From positions 254,456-318,455 of the forward strand of contig JAIOOV010000004.1 in NCBI GenBank assembly GCA_021414235.1: 64,000 bases of DNA, in the 5' to 3' direction. This DNA comes from Candidatus Parcubacteria bacterium. GTDB lineage: Bacteria > Patescibacteriota > Minisyncoccia > Phycocordibacterales > JAKFXT01. The notes under the pieces were generated by a model that was given only the letters and a program-made list of their open reading frames with translations, did no database searches and was not told the origin of the DNA. This document shows positions 10,410 through 18,905 of this stretch, in pieces (the stretch's first letter is position 1; each line of letters starts with the position of its first letter). The position numbers and the translations under genes are program-made.

Positions 10410-11252
10410 ATGCCACCAGACGGAGGTAGTGGAGAGAAAAAAGTCGTCAATTACGCCGATACTCTGGCGCGGGTTACTTTTGGAGGCGGACGTTTTTCAA
10501 CACAGCCTCCTCCTCTGGATAAACCCCGTATTCGTCCCGAAGTGGTTGATGCTCGAATTAACGAAGGTAAAAAAGAAAAGAGCGAATTGCTTAAACTTGA
10601 AATGCGCAAGTTGTACAATCGCGCGAAAGCCGTACTCACTGAACCGGTACTTAAGAGCAAGATCAAGGGTCAGCTTGAGATGCTTGAGACTGCCCATAAG
10701 AGGGGGACTCTGGAGGAAGATGAGAAGGTGAAGAATCTAGTGCCCCTCGCTGACGGGTATAAGGACTTCGTGCTTTATCGTCTTTTGGAAGAGCTGGTCG
10801 CAGATAAACCAGCGTCTGCTGAAGGATCGACGACTGCACAGGAATATGGAGATAAGTTTGATCTCCCAAGACCGTACTCAATTTACGACTTTCTAAGTAA
10901 GTTAGCTTTAGAGACGGAGAAGGTTTCCACTGAAAAAAAGGCCCAGGAATCATTCTATCAGGGTCGTTCTCAGGAGATGAAGAGAGTTTCTAAAAGAGCA
11001 GAAGAAATCTACGTGTGCCCAAATAACCATGCATTTACTGAAGCAGCGGTGATGGACGGCGGAAAATGTCCCGAATGTAAAACTCAGCTTGGCGTAGATT
11101 CAACAATCAAGTCTAGGCAGCAAAAAGGTCTTTTTCTGGGCACTACTCCTGACGGAGGAGCGGCTCTGGTCACTGTGCGTTCTCCAAAAAGCTTTGAGAT
11201 ACGAGCTTGGACGAGCAAGACAGAGAAGAGCCTGGTAACCGTAATCCCTTAA
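10410..11252 (+). CDS. hypothetical protein with a C-terminal zinc-ribbon (CxxC...CxxC); lower GC than its surroundings
   Basis: ORF track start at 10386 is a TTG inside the terminator T-run; first ATG at 10410 (MPPDGG). CPNNH...CPECK motif. GC roughly 47% vs ~57% flanks. Confidence 0.5.
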   Translation: MPPDGGSGEKKVVNYADTLARVTFGGGRFSTQPPPLDKPRIRPEVVDARINEGKKEKSELLKLEMRKLYNRAKAVLTEPVLKSKIKGQLEMLETAHKRGTLEEDEKVKNLVPLADGYKDFVLYRLLEELVADKPASAEGSTTAQEYGDKFDLPRPYSIYDFLSKLALETEKVSTEKKAQESFYQGRSQEMKRVSKRAEEIYVCPNNHAFTEAAVMDGGKCPECKTQLGVDSTIKSRQQKGLFLGTTPDGGAALVTVRSPKSFEIRAWTSKTEKSLVTVIP

Positions 11253-11262
11253 GAGGCCCGAA

Positions 11263-11291
11263 TTGACCTTTTCCCCGTATTCCGCTATAGT
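11263..11291 (+). promoter_or_regulatory. sigma70-like promoter for rpmG (TTGACC-17-TATAGT), giving a ~4-nt leader
   Basis: TTGACC, 17-nt spacer, TATAGT, then 10 nt to the ATG at 11302. Confidence 0.45.
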
Positions 11292-11301
11292 CCTGGTCAC
11301 C

Positions 11302-11460
11302 ATGTCGCAAGATAGACTCATCAAGCTCGCCTGCAGCAAGTGCAAGCGCGTCAACTATTGGAGCCGCAAGAATAAGAAGAAGGTCGAGCGCAAGATCGAG
11401 CTCGCCAAGTGGTGTAAGTGGTGCAAGAAGAAGACTGCTCACAAGGAGGCCAAGAAATAA
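11302..11460 (+). CDS. rpmG: 50S ribosomal protein L33, Zn-ribbon (C4) form
   Basis: MSQDRLIKLACSKCKRVNYWSRKNKKK...CKWCKKKTAHKEAKK; 52 aa. The tool ORF begins at an upstream TTG. Confidence 0.8.
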   Translation: MSQDRLIKLACSKCKRVNYWSRKNKKKVERKIELAKWCKWCKKKTAHKEAKK

Positions 11461-11462
11461 GC

Positions 11463-11490
11463 AAAAAGGCGCCCTAGGGCGCCTTTTGCA
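11463..11490 (+). terminator. rho-independent terminator after rpmG
   Basis: AAAAGGCGCCC-tag-GGCGCCTTTTGCATT. Confidence 0.7.
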
Positions 11491-11523
11491 TTGGGGCGGG
11501 GGATGCTAGACTCGGTGGCGTAG

Positions 11524-11597
11524 GGCCTATAGTTTCAATGGTAAAACTCCTCTCTCCAAAAGAGGCGTTCCAGGTTCGAGTCCTGGTGGGCCCGCCA
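11524..11597 (+). tRNA. tRNA-Trp (anticodon CCA)
   Basis: Acceptor GGGCCTA/TGGGCCC, D-arm GTTTCAATGGTAAAAC, anticodon loop CTCCAAA, T-arm CCAGGTTCGAGTCCTGG, encoded CCA. Confidence 0.8.
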
Positions 11598-11998
11598 TGC
11601 TAAAAATCCTTTACACCTACCTCCTCTCGCTTCCTGTCCTAGTTGGACTCGACCTTGTTTGGCTCGGAGTCCTGATGACGAATTTCTATAAATCCCGCCT
11701 GGGAGAGATTCTGGCGCCGACGTTCCGTCTCTGGCCTTCCGTCGGCTTTTATCTCATCTACGCGGCAGGGTTACTCTACTTCGTAGCTCTCCCGGCTTTC
11801 GAGAAAGGCTCGCTAAGCATAGCGATACTGAATGGCGCGCTCTACGGTTTCGTGGTCTACAGCCTCTACAATCTCATCAATCAGGCTACGCTCGTGAAGT
11901 GGTCGTATACCGTCCTTCTTGTGGATACCGCCTGGGGAGTATTTCTTGGAGGGATTATGGGTTTCGTCGCTTACAAACTACTTCAGTTTTTCACTTGA
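11597..11998 (+). CDS. hypothetical 4-TM membrane protein, at the position where secE is usually found but not SecE-like
   Basis: 133 aa, four hydrophobic helices; the ATG overlaps the tRNA-Trp 3' end. Confidence 0.5.
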   Translation: MLKILYTYLLSLPVLVGLDLVWLGVLMTNFYKSRLGEILAPTFRLWPSVGFYLIYAAGLLYFVALPAFEKGSLSIAILNGALYGFVVYSLYNLINQATLVKWSYTVLLVDTAWGVFLGGIMGFVAYKLLQFFT

Positions 11999-12888
11999 TC
12001 CGTTAGGAAGCCTTCTGCTACAGCTGCTATTCTCGTATCCTTTCCGTCCTCAAACCACCGTATCTCCTTATTCCTCTTGAACCACGTCTTCTGGCGCTTA
12101 GTGTACTGCCAGATTTCATTTAGAAGCTCTTTCTCAAATTCTTCGCGCGTAATCTTTCCCTGGAGCAGGCGGGCCATGTAGCGATATTCAAGTCCAAGTT
12201 CCTCCATGCGCTCGTAGGAAAGCCCTTCGGCGTGGAGCTTCTCGGCTTCTACAAGCATGCCTTGTTCCAGGCGTTCTTTGATACGTCTAGAAATCTTTTC
12301 CTTCAACACCTCATCTGGAGGCAGGAGGCCGATCTTGAGCACGTCGTATTCTTCTGATGTTTCTACCTTGGGTACTTTCCCGAGGGCTTCCGCGATCTCT
12401 ACGGCACGTATTAGGCGCATGGGGTTGTGTCGATCTATGTCCGCTGCCCGCTTAGGATCGAGCGCTTCCAGTCTCTGGAAAAGTTCCTCCACTGGAAGTT
12501 TTTCCAGTTCCTCTCGTAGTTCTTTGTTCGGCGGAACTTCGGGAAGCACGGTGTTGTTGAGGAGGGTATCCACGTAGAGCCCGGTGCCTCCGCAGATGAT
12601 AGGGAGTTTGCCGCGGGAGAGGATGTCTTCAATCGCTTTCTTTCCGAGCTTTTGGAAGTCCGAAACAGAGAAGCGCTCCTTCGGGTCGGCGACGTCGAGG
12701 AGATGATGGGGAACGCTATTCATCTCCTCTCTGGTTACCTTGCCGGTGCCCAAATCGAGCCCTCGATAGACCTGGCGGGAGTCGGCGGAGATGATCTCGC
12801 CGTTAAGGGCGTGGGCGAGGGCTATGGAGAGGGCCGTCTTTCCGGAGGCGGTGGGACCTATGATGGCTATGAGCTGGGGTTTAGACAT
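11983..12888 (-). CDS. miaA: tRNA dimethylallyltransferase
   Basis: P-loop IIGPTASGKT and the MiaA block ISADSRQVYRGLDLGTGK; 301 aa. Confidence 0.9.
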   Translation of the reverse strand: MSKPQLIAIIGPTASGKTALSIALAHALNGEIISADSRQVYRGLDLGTGKVTREEMNSVPHHLLDVADPKERFSVSDFQKLGKKAIEDILSRGKLPIICGGTGLYVDTLLNNTVLPEVPPNKELREELEKLPVEELFQRLEALDPKRAADIDRHNPMRLIRAVEIAEALGKVPKVETSEEYDVLKIGLLPPDEVLKEKISRRIKERLEQGMLVEAEKLHAEGLSYERMEELGLEYRYMARLLQGKITREEFEKELLNEIWQYTKRQKTWFKRNKEIRWFEDGKDTRIAAVAEGFLTDQVKN

Positions 12889-12943
12889 ACTGAGCGGGGA
12901 AATGCTAGCATGAGGATATCTTACCCGCTAATACTGAAATACC

Positions 12944-13582
12944 ATGAAGCATGAACACGACGAGGAGATGATGTTTGATGATTGCGATATGGGAATGGTG
13001 AGCATCGGCCAGGAAGTACCCAACCTCGAATTTGAGATCTTCCAGAACGACAAGAATAAAACGGTAAAACTTCACGACTACAAAGGGAAGTGGCTTGTCC
13101 TCTTCTTCTATCCCGCCGACTTCACCTTCGTCTGTCCGACCGAGCTCGAAGAGCTCGCCGACCAGTACGATGCCTTTAAGAAAGAGGGTGCAGAAATCGT
13201 CTCTGTGAGCACGGACACGGTCTTCGTGCACAAGGCCTGGCACGATACCTCGGAAGCAATCAAGAAGATCAAGTTCCCGATGGCGGCCGACCCTTCCGGC
13301 AAGATCTCCCGCACTTTCGGCACCTATGTCGAGAACAACGGAGCTGCGTTCACGGACGACGAGGGCCTTTCGCTCCGCGGCACCTTCATCATCAATCCTG
13401 AAGGAGTGCTCAAGTCGATGGAGATCAACGACAACAGCATCGGACGCTCTGCGCGCGAGCTCTTCCGCAAGCTCCAGGCGGCTAAGTACGTCTCTACGCA
13501 TAAGGGCCAGGTATGCCCCGCAAGCTGGGAGCCGGGCAAGGATACACTGAAGCCGGGGATGGATTTGGTGGGGAAGATCTAG
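12944..13582 (+). CDS. 2-Cys peroxiredoxin (AhpC/Tsa family)
   Basis: FFYPADFTFVCPTEL peroxidatic Cys motif and C-terminal resolving Cys (VCPASW). Confidence 0.85.
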   Translation: MKHEHDEEMMFDDCDMGMVSIGQEVPNLEFEIFQNDKNKTVKLHDYKGKWLVLFFYPADFTFVCPTELEELADQYDAFKKEGAEIVSVSTDTVFVHKAWHDTSEAIKKIKFPMAADPSGKISRTFGTYVENNGAAFTDDEGLSLRGTFIINPEGVLKSMEINDNSIGRSARELFRKLQAAKYVSTHKGQVCPASWEPGKDTLKPGMDLVGKI

Positions 13583-13589
13583 ATGAATC

Positions 13590-13624
13590 AAAACAGCCGC
13601 TCCTTAAGGAGCGGCTGTTTTGCA
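13590..13624 (+). terminator. bidirectional intrinsic terminator
   Basis: AAAACAGCCGCTCC-ttaa-GGAGCGGCTGTTTTGC, flanked by an A-run and a T-run. Confidence 0.75.
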
Positions 13625-13627
13625 TTG

Positions 13628-13710
13628 TGGGCGAGGTGGGACTTGAACCCACACTCCTTTAACAGAACACGATTTTGAGTCGTGCGCGTCTACCATTCCG
13701 CCACTCGCCC
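13628..13710 (-). tRNA. tRNA-Leu (anticodon CAA), long variable arm
   Basis: Reverse complement reads GGGCGAG...D-loop GAATGGTAGA...anticodon loop CTCAAAA...variable arm...GTGGGTTCAAGTCCCAC CTCGCCC A. Confidence 0.8.
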
Positions 13711-13761
13711 GTACGCATAGGAGTCTATCCAATAAGCTTCTACCGGGCAAACGGAGAGCTG

Positions 13762-13770
13762 TGCTAAAAT
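13762..13770 (+). promoter_or_regulatory. extended -10 promoter (TGcTAAAAT) positioned 6 nt before the parB ATG, implying a leaderless mRNA
   Basis: tgc TAAAAT gccccc ATG. Confidence 0.45.
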
Positions 13771-13776
13771 GCCCCC

Positions 13777-14775
13777 ATGTCGCAGTATTACGGAGACGCA
13801 ATTTTCTGGATTGAGGTCGAACGGATTAAGCCCAATCCCTACCAGCCGCGGCGTGATTTCGATCAAGCCCGTCTCAAGGACCTGGCCGATTCCATCCGCC
13901 AATACGGCATCCTTCAGCCGCTTGTGGTGACCCGCCATGAGATTGAGACGCCGGAAGGGGGACTTACCACCGAGTATGAGCTCATCGCCGGAGAGCGCCG
14001 CTTGCGCGCTTCTAAGCTCGCTGGTCTCTCTCAGGTACCTGCCATCATCCGCACGAGCAGCACCGCCACGGAGGATCCGCGTCTCAAGCTCGAGCTGGCC
14101 ATCATTGAGAACCTCCAGCGTGAGGATCTCAATCCAGTGGATCGCGCGCGCGCTTTTGAGCGGCTCACTAAGGAGTTCGGCTTCAAGCATGGCCAGATCG
14201 GGGAGAAGATGGGCAAGAGCCGTGAGTATGTGGCCAACACCCTGCGCATCCTCGCTCTGCCCGATTACCTCCTCATGGCCCTCGGGGAAGGGAAGATAAG
14301 CGAGGGACACACCCGCCCGCTCCTCATGCTCTCGGATAGGCCGGAAGAGCAAATGACTCTTTTCAAAGAGATCCTCTACAAGCGCCTTACGGTCCGCGAG
14401 ACGGAGGCTATCGCCCGTCGCATAGCGAACGACAAGGTGCGCAAGAAGGAGTACATCGTCGATCCGGCCCAGCTCGAGCTCGAGCGTAAGCTCACCGAGT
14501 CTCTCGGCACCCGCGTGCAGATCGAGCGCAAGGAGAAGGGCGGCAAGATCCTCATCGACTTCTTCTCTTCCGACGACTTGCAGACTATCCTTGCTGGTCT
14601 CCATCTTGAGGATGGTTCAGTAAAAAAAGCAATTCCCGACAATCCTTCTCTTTCTGCTTCCGAAGTGCCTACCTCAGAACCTGAAGCTGCTCCAGAACTC
14701 ATGGACGACCGCTCCAAGGAAGAAAAAGAAGACGAGGACCCTGACCTCTACTCGGTGAAGAATTTCTCTATTTAA
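13777..14775 (+). CDS. parB: ParB/Spo0J-family partition protein; no parA adjacent
   Basis: ParB box GERRLRASKLAG and HTH region GKSREYVANTLRIL; acidic C-terminal tail. Confidence 0.85.
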   Translation: MSQYYGDAIFWIEVERIKPNPYQPRRDFDQARLKDLADSIRQYGILQPLVVTRHEIETPEGGLTTEYELIAGERRLRASKLAGLSQVPAIIRTSSTATEDPRLKLELAIIENLQREDLNPVDRARAFERLTKEFGFKHGQIGEKMGKSREYVANTLRILALPDYLLMALGEGKISEGHTRPLLMLSDRPEEQMTLFKEILYKRLTVRETEAIARRIANDKVRKKEYIVDPAQLELERKLTESLGTRVQIERKEKGGKILIDFFSSDDLQTILAGLHLEDGSVKKAIPDNPSLSASEVPTSEPEAAPELMDDRSKEEKEDEDPDLYSVKNFSI

Positions 14776-14779
14776 AAAC

Positions 14780-16285
14780 CTAGATCTTCCGCCCCCTGCT
14801 CTCGAGCATGCTGCGGATGTGTCGCTTGGCGAGTGCGGTCTTGCAGTATCCTACCCATTTCTCTGTGGGGTGGCTTGAAGCCTTGGTCATGATCTCTACG
14901 GTGTTGCCGTTGTGGAGCGGGGTATCGATGGAAACCATCTTGCCGTTCACCTTGGCGGCAGAGATGTGGTTGCCGATATCGGAGTGGATCGCGTAGGCGA
15001 AGTCGACAGGCGTGGAGTCGACTGGTAGGTCGACCACGTCGCCCTTCGGGGTGAAGACGAACATGCGATGTCCGAAGAAATCCTCACGCAGGTCTTCCAT
15101 AAAGGCGTCAGGTTGGCTCTCTGCGACATCTTCTGCGAGGTGAGTGATCCACTCCGGTACGTTGCGGAATTCCGCCTTGGTATCCGCAGCGGTCACTTTG
15201 CGCGGGGTGAGGGGAATGAGCTTCCTGATCCAGCTGAGGCCCACGGCGGCCATGCCCCTGCCTTCCTTGTAGCTTAGGTGCGAGGCGATGCCGTACTCAG
15301 CCTCACGGTGCATCTCTTCGGTGCGGATCTGTACTTCGATGATGCTGCCGTCTCCGGTGAACACAGTGGTGTGTATGCCTTGATAGCCGTTCGGCTTCGG
15401 TACGGCGATGTAGTCCTTGATGCGGCCGATGAGGGGGCGCCACAGGTTGTGCACGATGCCGAGCACGCGGTAGCAGTCGGCTACGTTCGTCACGATGATG
15501 CGGATGGCAGAGATGTCGTAGACCTTCTCGATATCCATATCCTTGCGCACCAGCTTACGGTAGAGGCTGTAGAGGCCTTTGATGCGGTAATCGCTGCGGA
15601 ATGCCAGTATGCCTTCCTTGGCGAAGGCTTTCTTGAGCTGGTTCAAGAGCTTGGCGAGGTGCTCTGTCGTATCCTCGCTCTTCTCCCGGAGGAGCTGGTC
15701 GGTCTTCTTGTATTCGTTAGGACGGATGTAGGGAAAGGCGAGGTCTTCGAGCTCACGATTCAGCTTGCGCATGCCGAGGCGGTAGGCGAGGGGAGCGTAG
15801 ACTTCGAGCGTCTCCATGGCGATGCGCTTCTGCTTGGCCTGAGGGACATGCTGGAGCGTCTGCATGTTATGCAGGCGGTCGGTGAGCTTGATGATGAGGA
15901 CGCGGATGTCCTGGGCCATGGCCACGAAGAGCTTGCGGAGACTCTCGGTGTGGCGTTGGGCTCCGCGGTACTTGAGCTTGCCGAGCTTAGTGACGCCTTC
16001 GATGAGGAAAAGAATCTCGGGGCCGAACTCCTGCTCGATGGTCTCGGGAGTGACCCCGGTGTCCTCGATGGTGTCGTGGAGGAGGCCTGCGGCGATGGTG
16101 GTGGCGTCCATCTGGAGTTCCGCCAGGTTCTTAGCGGTCGCCACGAGGTGGACGAAGTACGGCTCTCCGGAGTAGCGCTTCTGGGTGCTGTGGGCTTTCT
16201 CAGCGAAATGATACGCCTTAGTGACAAGGGCTATATCTTCCTTGCTCGGTCTATCCATCAGGCTGATGATATCCTTGACATCCAT
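14780..16285 (-). CDS. bifunctional (p)ppGpp synthetase/hydrolase (RelA/SpoT family), short form with HD, synthetase and TGS domains
   Basis: HD-domain motifs (HLVAT, LLHDTIEDT), synthetase-domain similarity, C-terminal TGS-like region; 501 aa. Confidence 0.85.
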   Translation of the reverse strand: MDVKDIISLMDRPSKEDIALVTKAYHFAEKAHSTQKRYSGEPYFVHLVATAKNLAELQMDATTIAAGLLHDTIEDTGVTPETIEQEFGPEILFLIEGVTKLGKLKYRGAQRHTESLRKLFVAMAQDIRVLIIKLTDRLHNMQTLQHVPQAKQKRIAMETLEVYAPLAYRLGMRKLNRELEDLAFPYIRPNEYKKTDQLLREKSEDTTEHLAKLLNQLKKAFAKEGILAFRSDYRIKGLYSLYRKLVRKDMDIEKVYDISAIRIIVTNVADCYRVLGIVHNLWRPLIGRIKDYIAVPKPNGYQGIHTTVFTGDGSIIEVQIRTEEMHREAEYGIASHLSYKEGRGMAAVGLSWIRKLIPLTPRKVTAADTKAEFRNVPEWITHLAEDVAESQPDAFMEDLREDFFGHRMFVFTPKGDVVDLPVDSTPVDFAYAIHSDIGNHISAAKVNGKMVSIDTPLHNGNTVEIMTKASSHPTEKWVGYCKTALAKRHIRSMLESRGRKI

Positions 16286-16340
16286 GTTATTTAATAGGAT
16301 ACTACGAAGCAGTTAAAATGCAACTTACGAGGGGGTAACT

Positions 16341-16523
16341 ATGGGCGAAGCGCTCGGTAGTGATCAAGGGGACCTTCGTGTTCTGTTACCGGTTCCTACG
16401 GCCGAACGGCGTCGCGAGCTAATTCTTCGCAAGCTCATCCCGGCTTGGAAGGAGGGGCTGGTTAGCGACGACGAGCTCGACTGGTTCTTGCTCACTGGTA
16501 CGGCCTCCTGGGTCGGCCGCTGA
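16341..16523 (+). CDS. hypothetical small protein (60 aa)
   Basis: GAGGGGG SD 5 nt upstream of the ATG; its stop overlaps the start of a second small Zn-ribbon ORF (TGATG). Confidence 0.25.
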   Translation: MGEALGSDQGDLRVLLPVPTAERRRELILRKLIPAWKEGLVSDDELDWFLLTGTASWVGR

Positions 16524-16679
16524 TGTTCCGCTGCACCAATTGCACCCGGCAACTTCATCGGGTGCCCGCCATATGTCCCTACTGCAGGACGTGGCAGGGA
16601 GGAGTTCCTATCCACATGTTCCTCCGCTCGGTACGCCGAGCGAAACGGCCGCCTTCTCGTGAAGGCGGCCGATCTGTTT

Positions 16680-18854
16680 TTATACCTTCTTCTTCTCTAT
16701 CTTATGCGGATTGTGGTTCGGGCACGCTTTGTTCGAACATCTCTCAGGGATTGTCTTGGTTCCCTCCATCATGAGTGAGCCGCAGAGTTCGCAGATCTTG
16801 CCGGTGGGCTTAGCTTTAATCGCGTTCTTACAGGTAGGGTAGTTAGAGCAGCTGTAGAAGATGCCGAAGCGGCCGCGACGCTCCACCATCTCGCCTTTGC
16901 CGCAGGTGGGGCAGGTGACGCCAGTTTTCTTACGTGCCTCCTCTTCCGGACTCTCCTTTATATATTTGCACTTCGGGTAGTTGCTGCAGGCGATGAAGCG
17001 GCCGTAGCGGCCATCGCGCTCCATGAGCTTGCCGTCAGCACAGTCCGGGCACTTCTCTCCGGTGAACTTGGGTCCTTCCATCTCCTTGCCGTCGATGGCG
17101 CGGGCGCCATCACAGTCGGGATAGGTGGAGCAGGAGAGGAACTTACCGTTCTTTCCGAGCTTGATGATCATTTCGCTCCCACACTTAGGGCAGGGGAACT
17201 CCTTGGGGCCGGGACCTAAGTCGGTGAGCTTGTCGATCTTGTCCTTGCTCTTCACGTCCTTGAGGAAGGGGCCGTAGAAATCCTTGAGTGTTTTTAGATA
17301 TGCGGCGTCGCCATTTGCGATGTCGTCGAGCTTGTTCTCCATCTCCGCAGTGAAATCATCCCCGATGTATTGTTCAAAGTTCTTCTCCAGGAAGGAGCTG
17401 ACCACGTCACCGGTGTCGGTGGGGAGGAGCGTCTTGCCGTTCTTCTCCACGTAGCCGCGGTCTTGGATGGTCTTGATGATAGAGGCGTAGGTAGACGGGC
17501 GTCCGATACCGCGCTTCTCCATCTCCTTTACGAGTCCTGCTTCCGTATAGCGGGAAGGCGGCTCTGTGCTCTTCTCCTCTGTAAAGAGGTTGAGGAGATC
17601 GAGTGATTCACCAGCTACCACCTTGGGCAGCTCTACGTCTTCTCCGCGCGCTTCCGGATCTGCCTTGAGCCAGCCATCGAAGAGTACGCGAGAGCCGTTC
17701 GCATGGAAGGCGGGGAAATCTTTCGCTTCCACGCCCGCGGCGATGCGCGTGCGCAGAGTGTTGGCATCCGCCATCTGGGACGAGACGACACGCTCCCAGA
17801 TGAGGTGGTAGAGCTTCTTGGCATCGTCCGTAGCCCCGGCAGATTCCCGCAGTACGTCGGTCACGCGCACGGCTTCGTGGGCTTCCTGCGCGTTCTTGCT
17901 CTTGGTCTTGTACTGGCGGGCTTCTGCATACTTGGCGCCGTACTTCTTGGTGACGAGAGCTATGATGGCAGCCTGGGCGTCTGCACCGATCGTCGTACTA
18001 TCAGTACGCATGTAGGTGATGAGTCCGGCTTCGTAGAGCTTCTGAGCTACGGACATGGTGCGGGAAGGGGAGAAGCCGAGACGAGAGCTCGCCGTCTGCT
18101 GGAGAGTAGAAGTAGTGAAAGGAGCACGAGGAGAGCGCTTGGCTTCGGTCTCGTCCACGGAGAGCACTTTCCAAGGTTTTCCTTTTGCCGTCTCTACTAT
18201 TTTCGCGGTCACCTTCTGATCGCGCGGCTCTTCTTCGCACACCACAGTAAAGGCTGCAGTGCTCTTACCTTTCACCTCTGCGGAGATGACGGAATACGCT
18301 TCCGGTACGAAAGCTCTGATCTCACGCTCGCGCTCCATCAGGATGCGCAGCGCCGGAGATTGCACGCGGCCGGCAGAGAGGCCGTAGCGTACCTTCTTCC
18401 AGATGAGGCCAGAGAGATCGTAGCCTACGAGACGATCCAGGACGCGGCGGGCTTCCTGAGCCTGCTTGAGCTTGTCATCTATATCGCGGGGATGCTTGAG
18501 GGCTTCCCTGATGGCTTTCTCGGTAATCTCGTGGAAAACGACGCGCTTAGGCTTCTTGAGCTTCACCGCCTCTGCGATGTGCCAGGCGATGGCTTCTCCT
18601 TCGCGGTCGGGGTCGGTCGCAAGGAGCACTTCGTCGGCTTTCTCCGCGAGTTCCTTGAGTTCCGCGATGACTCCTTCCTTGCCTTTGCTGATCTCGTAGT
18701 GGGGGATGAAGCCGCCTTCGATGTCGATGGCTTTCTTGTTGCTCTTCGGGAGATCGCGCACGTGTCCTACGCTCGCGCGCACGACATATTCGCTGCCGAG
18801 ATATTTCCCGATTGTCTTTGCTTTTGCTGGAGACTCGACAACAAGTAATTTCAT
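16680..18854 (-). CDS. topA: DNA topoisomerase I with C-terminal zinc-ribbon repeats
   Basis: TOPRIM N-terminus MKLLVVESPAKAKTIGKYLG, topo IA core, several C4 zinc ribbons at the C-terminus; 724 aa. Confidence 0.9.
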   Translation of the reverse strand: MKLLVVESPAKAKTIGKYLGSEYVVRASVGHVRDLPKSNKKAIDIEGGFIPHYEISKGKEGVIAELKELAEKADEVLLATDPDREGEAIAWHIAEAVKLKKPKRVVFHEITEKAIREALKHPRDIDDKLKQAQEARRVLDRLVGYDLSGLIWKKVRYGLSAGRVQSPALRILMEREREIRAFVPEAYSVISAEVKGKSTAAFTVVCEEEPRDQKVTAKIVETAKGKPWKVLSVDETEAKRSPRAPFTTSTLQQTASSRLGFSPSRTMSVAQKLYEAGLITYMRTDSTTIGADAQAAIIALVTKKYGAKYAEARQYKTKSKNAQEAHEAVRVTDVLRESAGATDDAKKLYHLIWERVVSSQMADANTLRTRIAAGVEAKDFPAFHANGSRVLFDGWLKADPEARGEDVELPKVVAGESLDLLNLFTEEKSTEPPSRYTEAGLVKEMEKRGIGRPSTYASIIKTIQDRGYVEKNGKTLLPTDTGDVVSSFLEKNFEQYIGDDFTAEMENKLDDIANGDAAYLKTLKDFYGPFLKDVKSKDKIDKLTDLGPGPKEFPCPKCGSEMIIKLGKNGKFLSCSTYPDCDGARAIDGKEMEGPKFTGEKCPDCADGKLMERDGRYGRFIACSNYPKCKYIKESPEEEARKKTGVTCPTCGKGEMVERRGRFGIFYSCSNYPTCKNAIKAKPTGKICELCGSLMMEGTKTIPERCSNKACPNHNPHKIEKKKV

Positions 18855-18905
18855 GGCGTTATGCGCAGTTATAGTATGGATATTCTCTTATGGCAAACTT
18901 CGATA

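Noticed and set aside
10219-11300. Integrated mobile element at tRNA-Tyr
   Set aside because: Lower GC and tRNA adjacency are suggestive. However, no integrase, transposase or direct repeat of the tRNA 3' end was found, so it is reported only as a compositional island
16290-16680. RNase P RNA, tmRNA or SRP RNA in the rel-topA spacer
   Set aside because: No conserved signature sequences of these RNAs (e.g. GGAAAGTCCGGGCTCC, GGGGCTGATTCTGGATTCGAC) could be recognised by eye
16523-16774. 83-aa Zn-ribbon ORF as a confident CDS
   Set aside because: It overlaps the topA C-terminus by ~95 nt on the opposite strand and contains a terminator hairpin. It is kept as a finding, not as a feature
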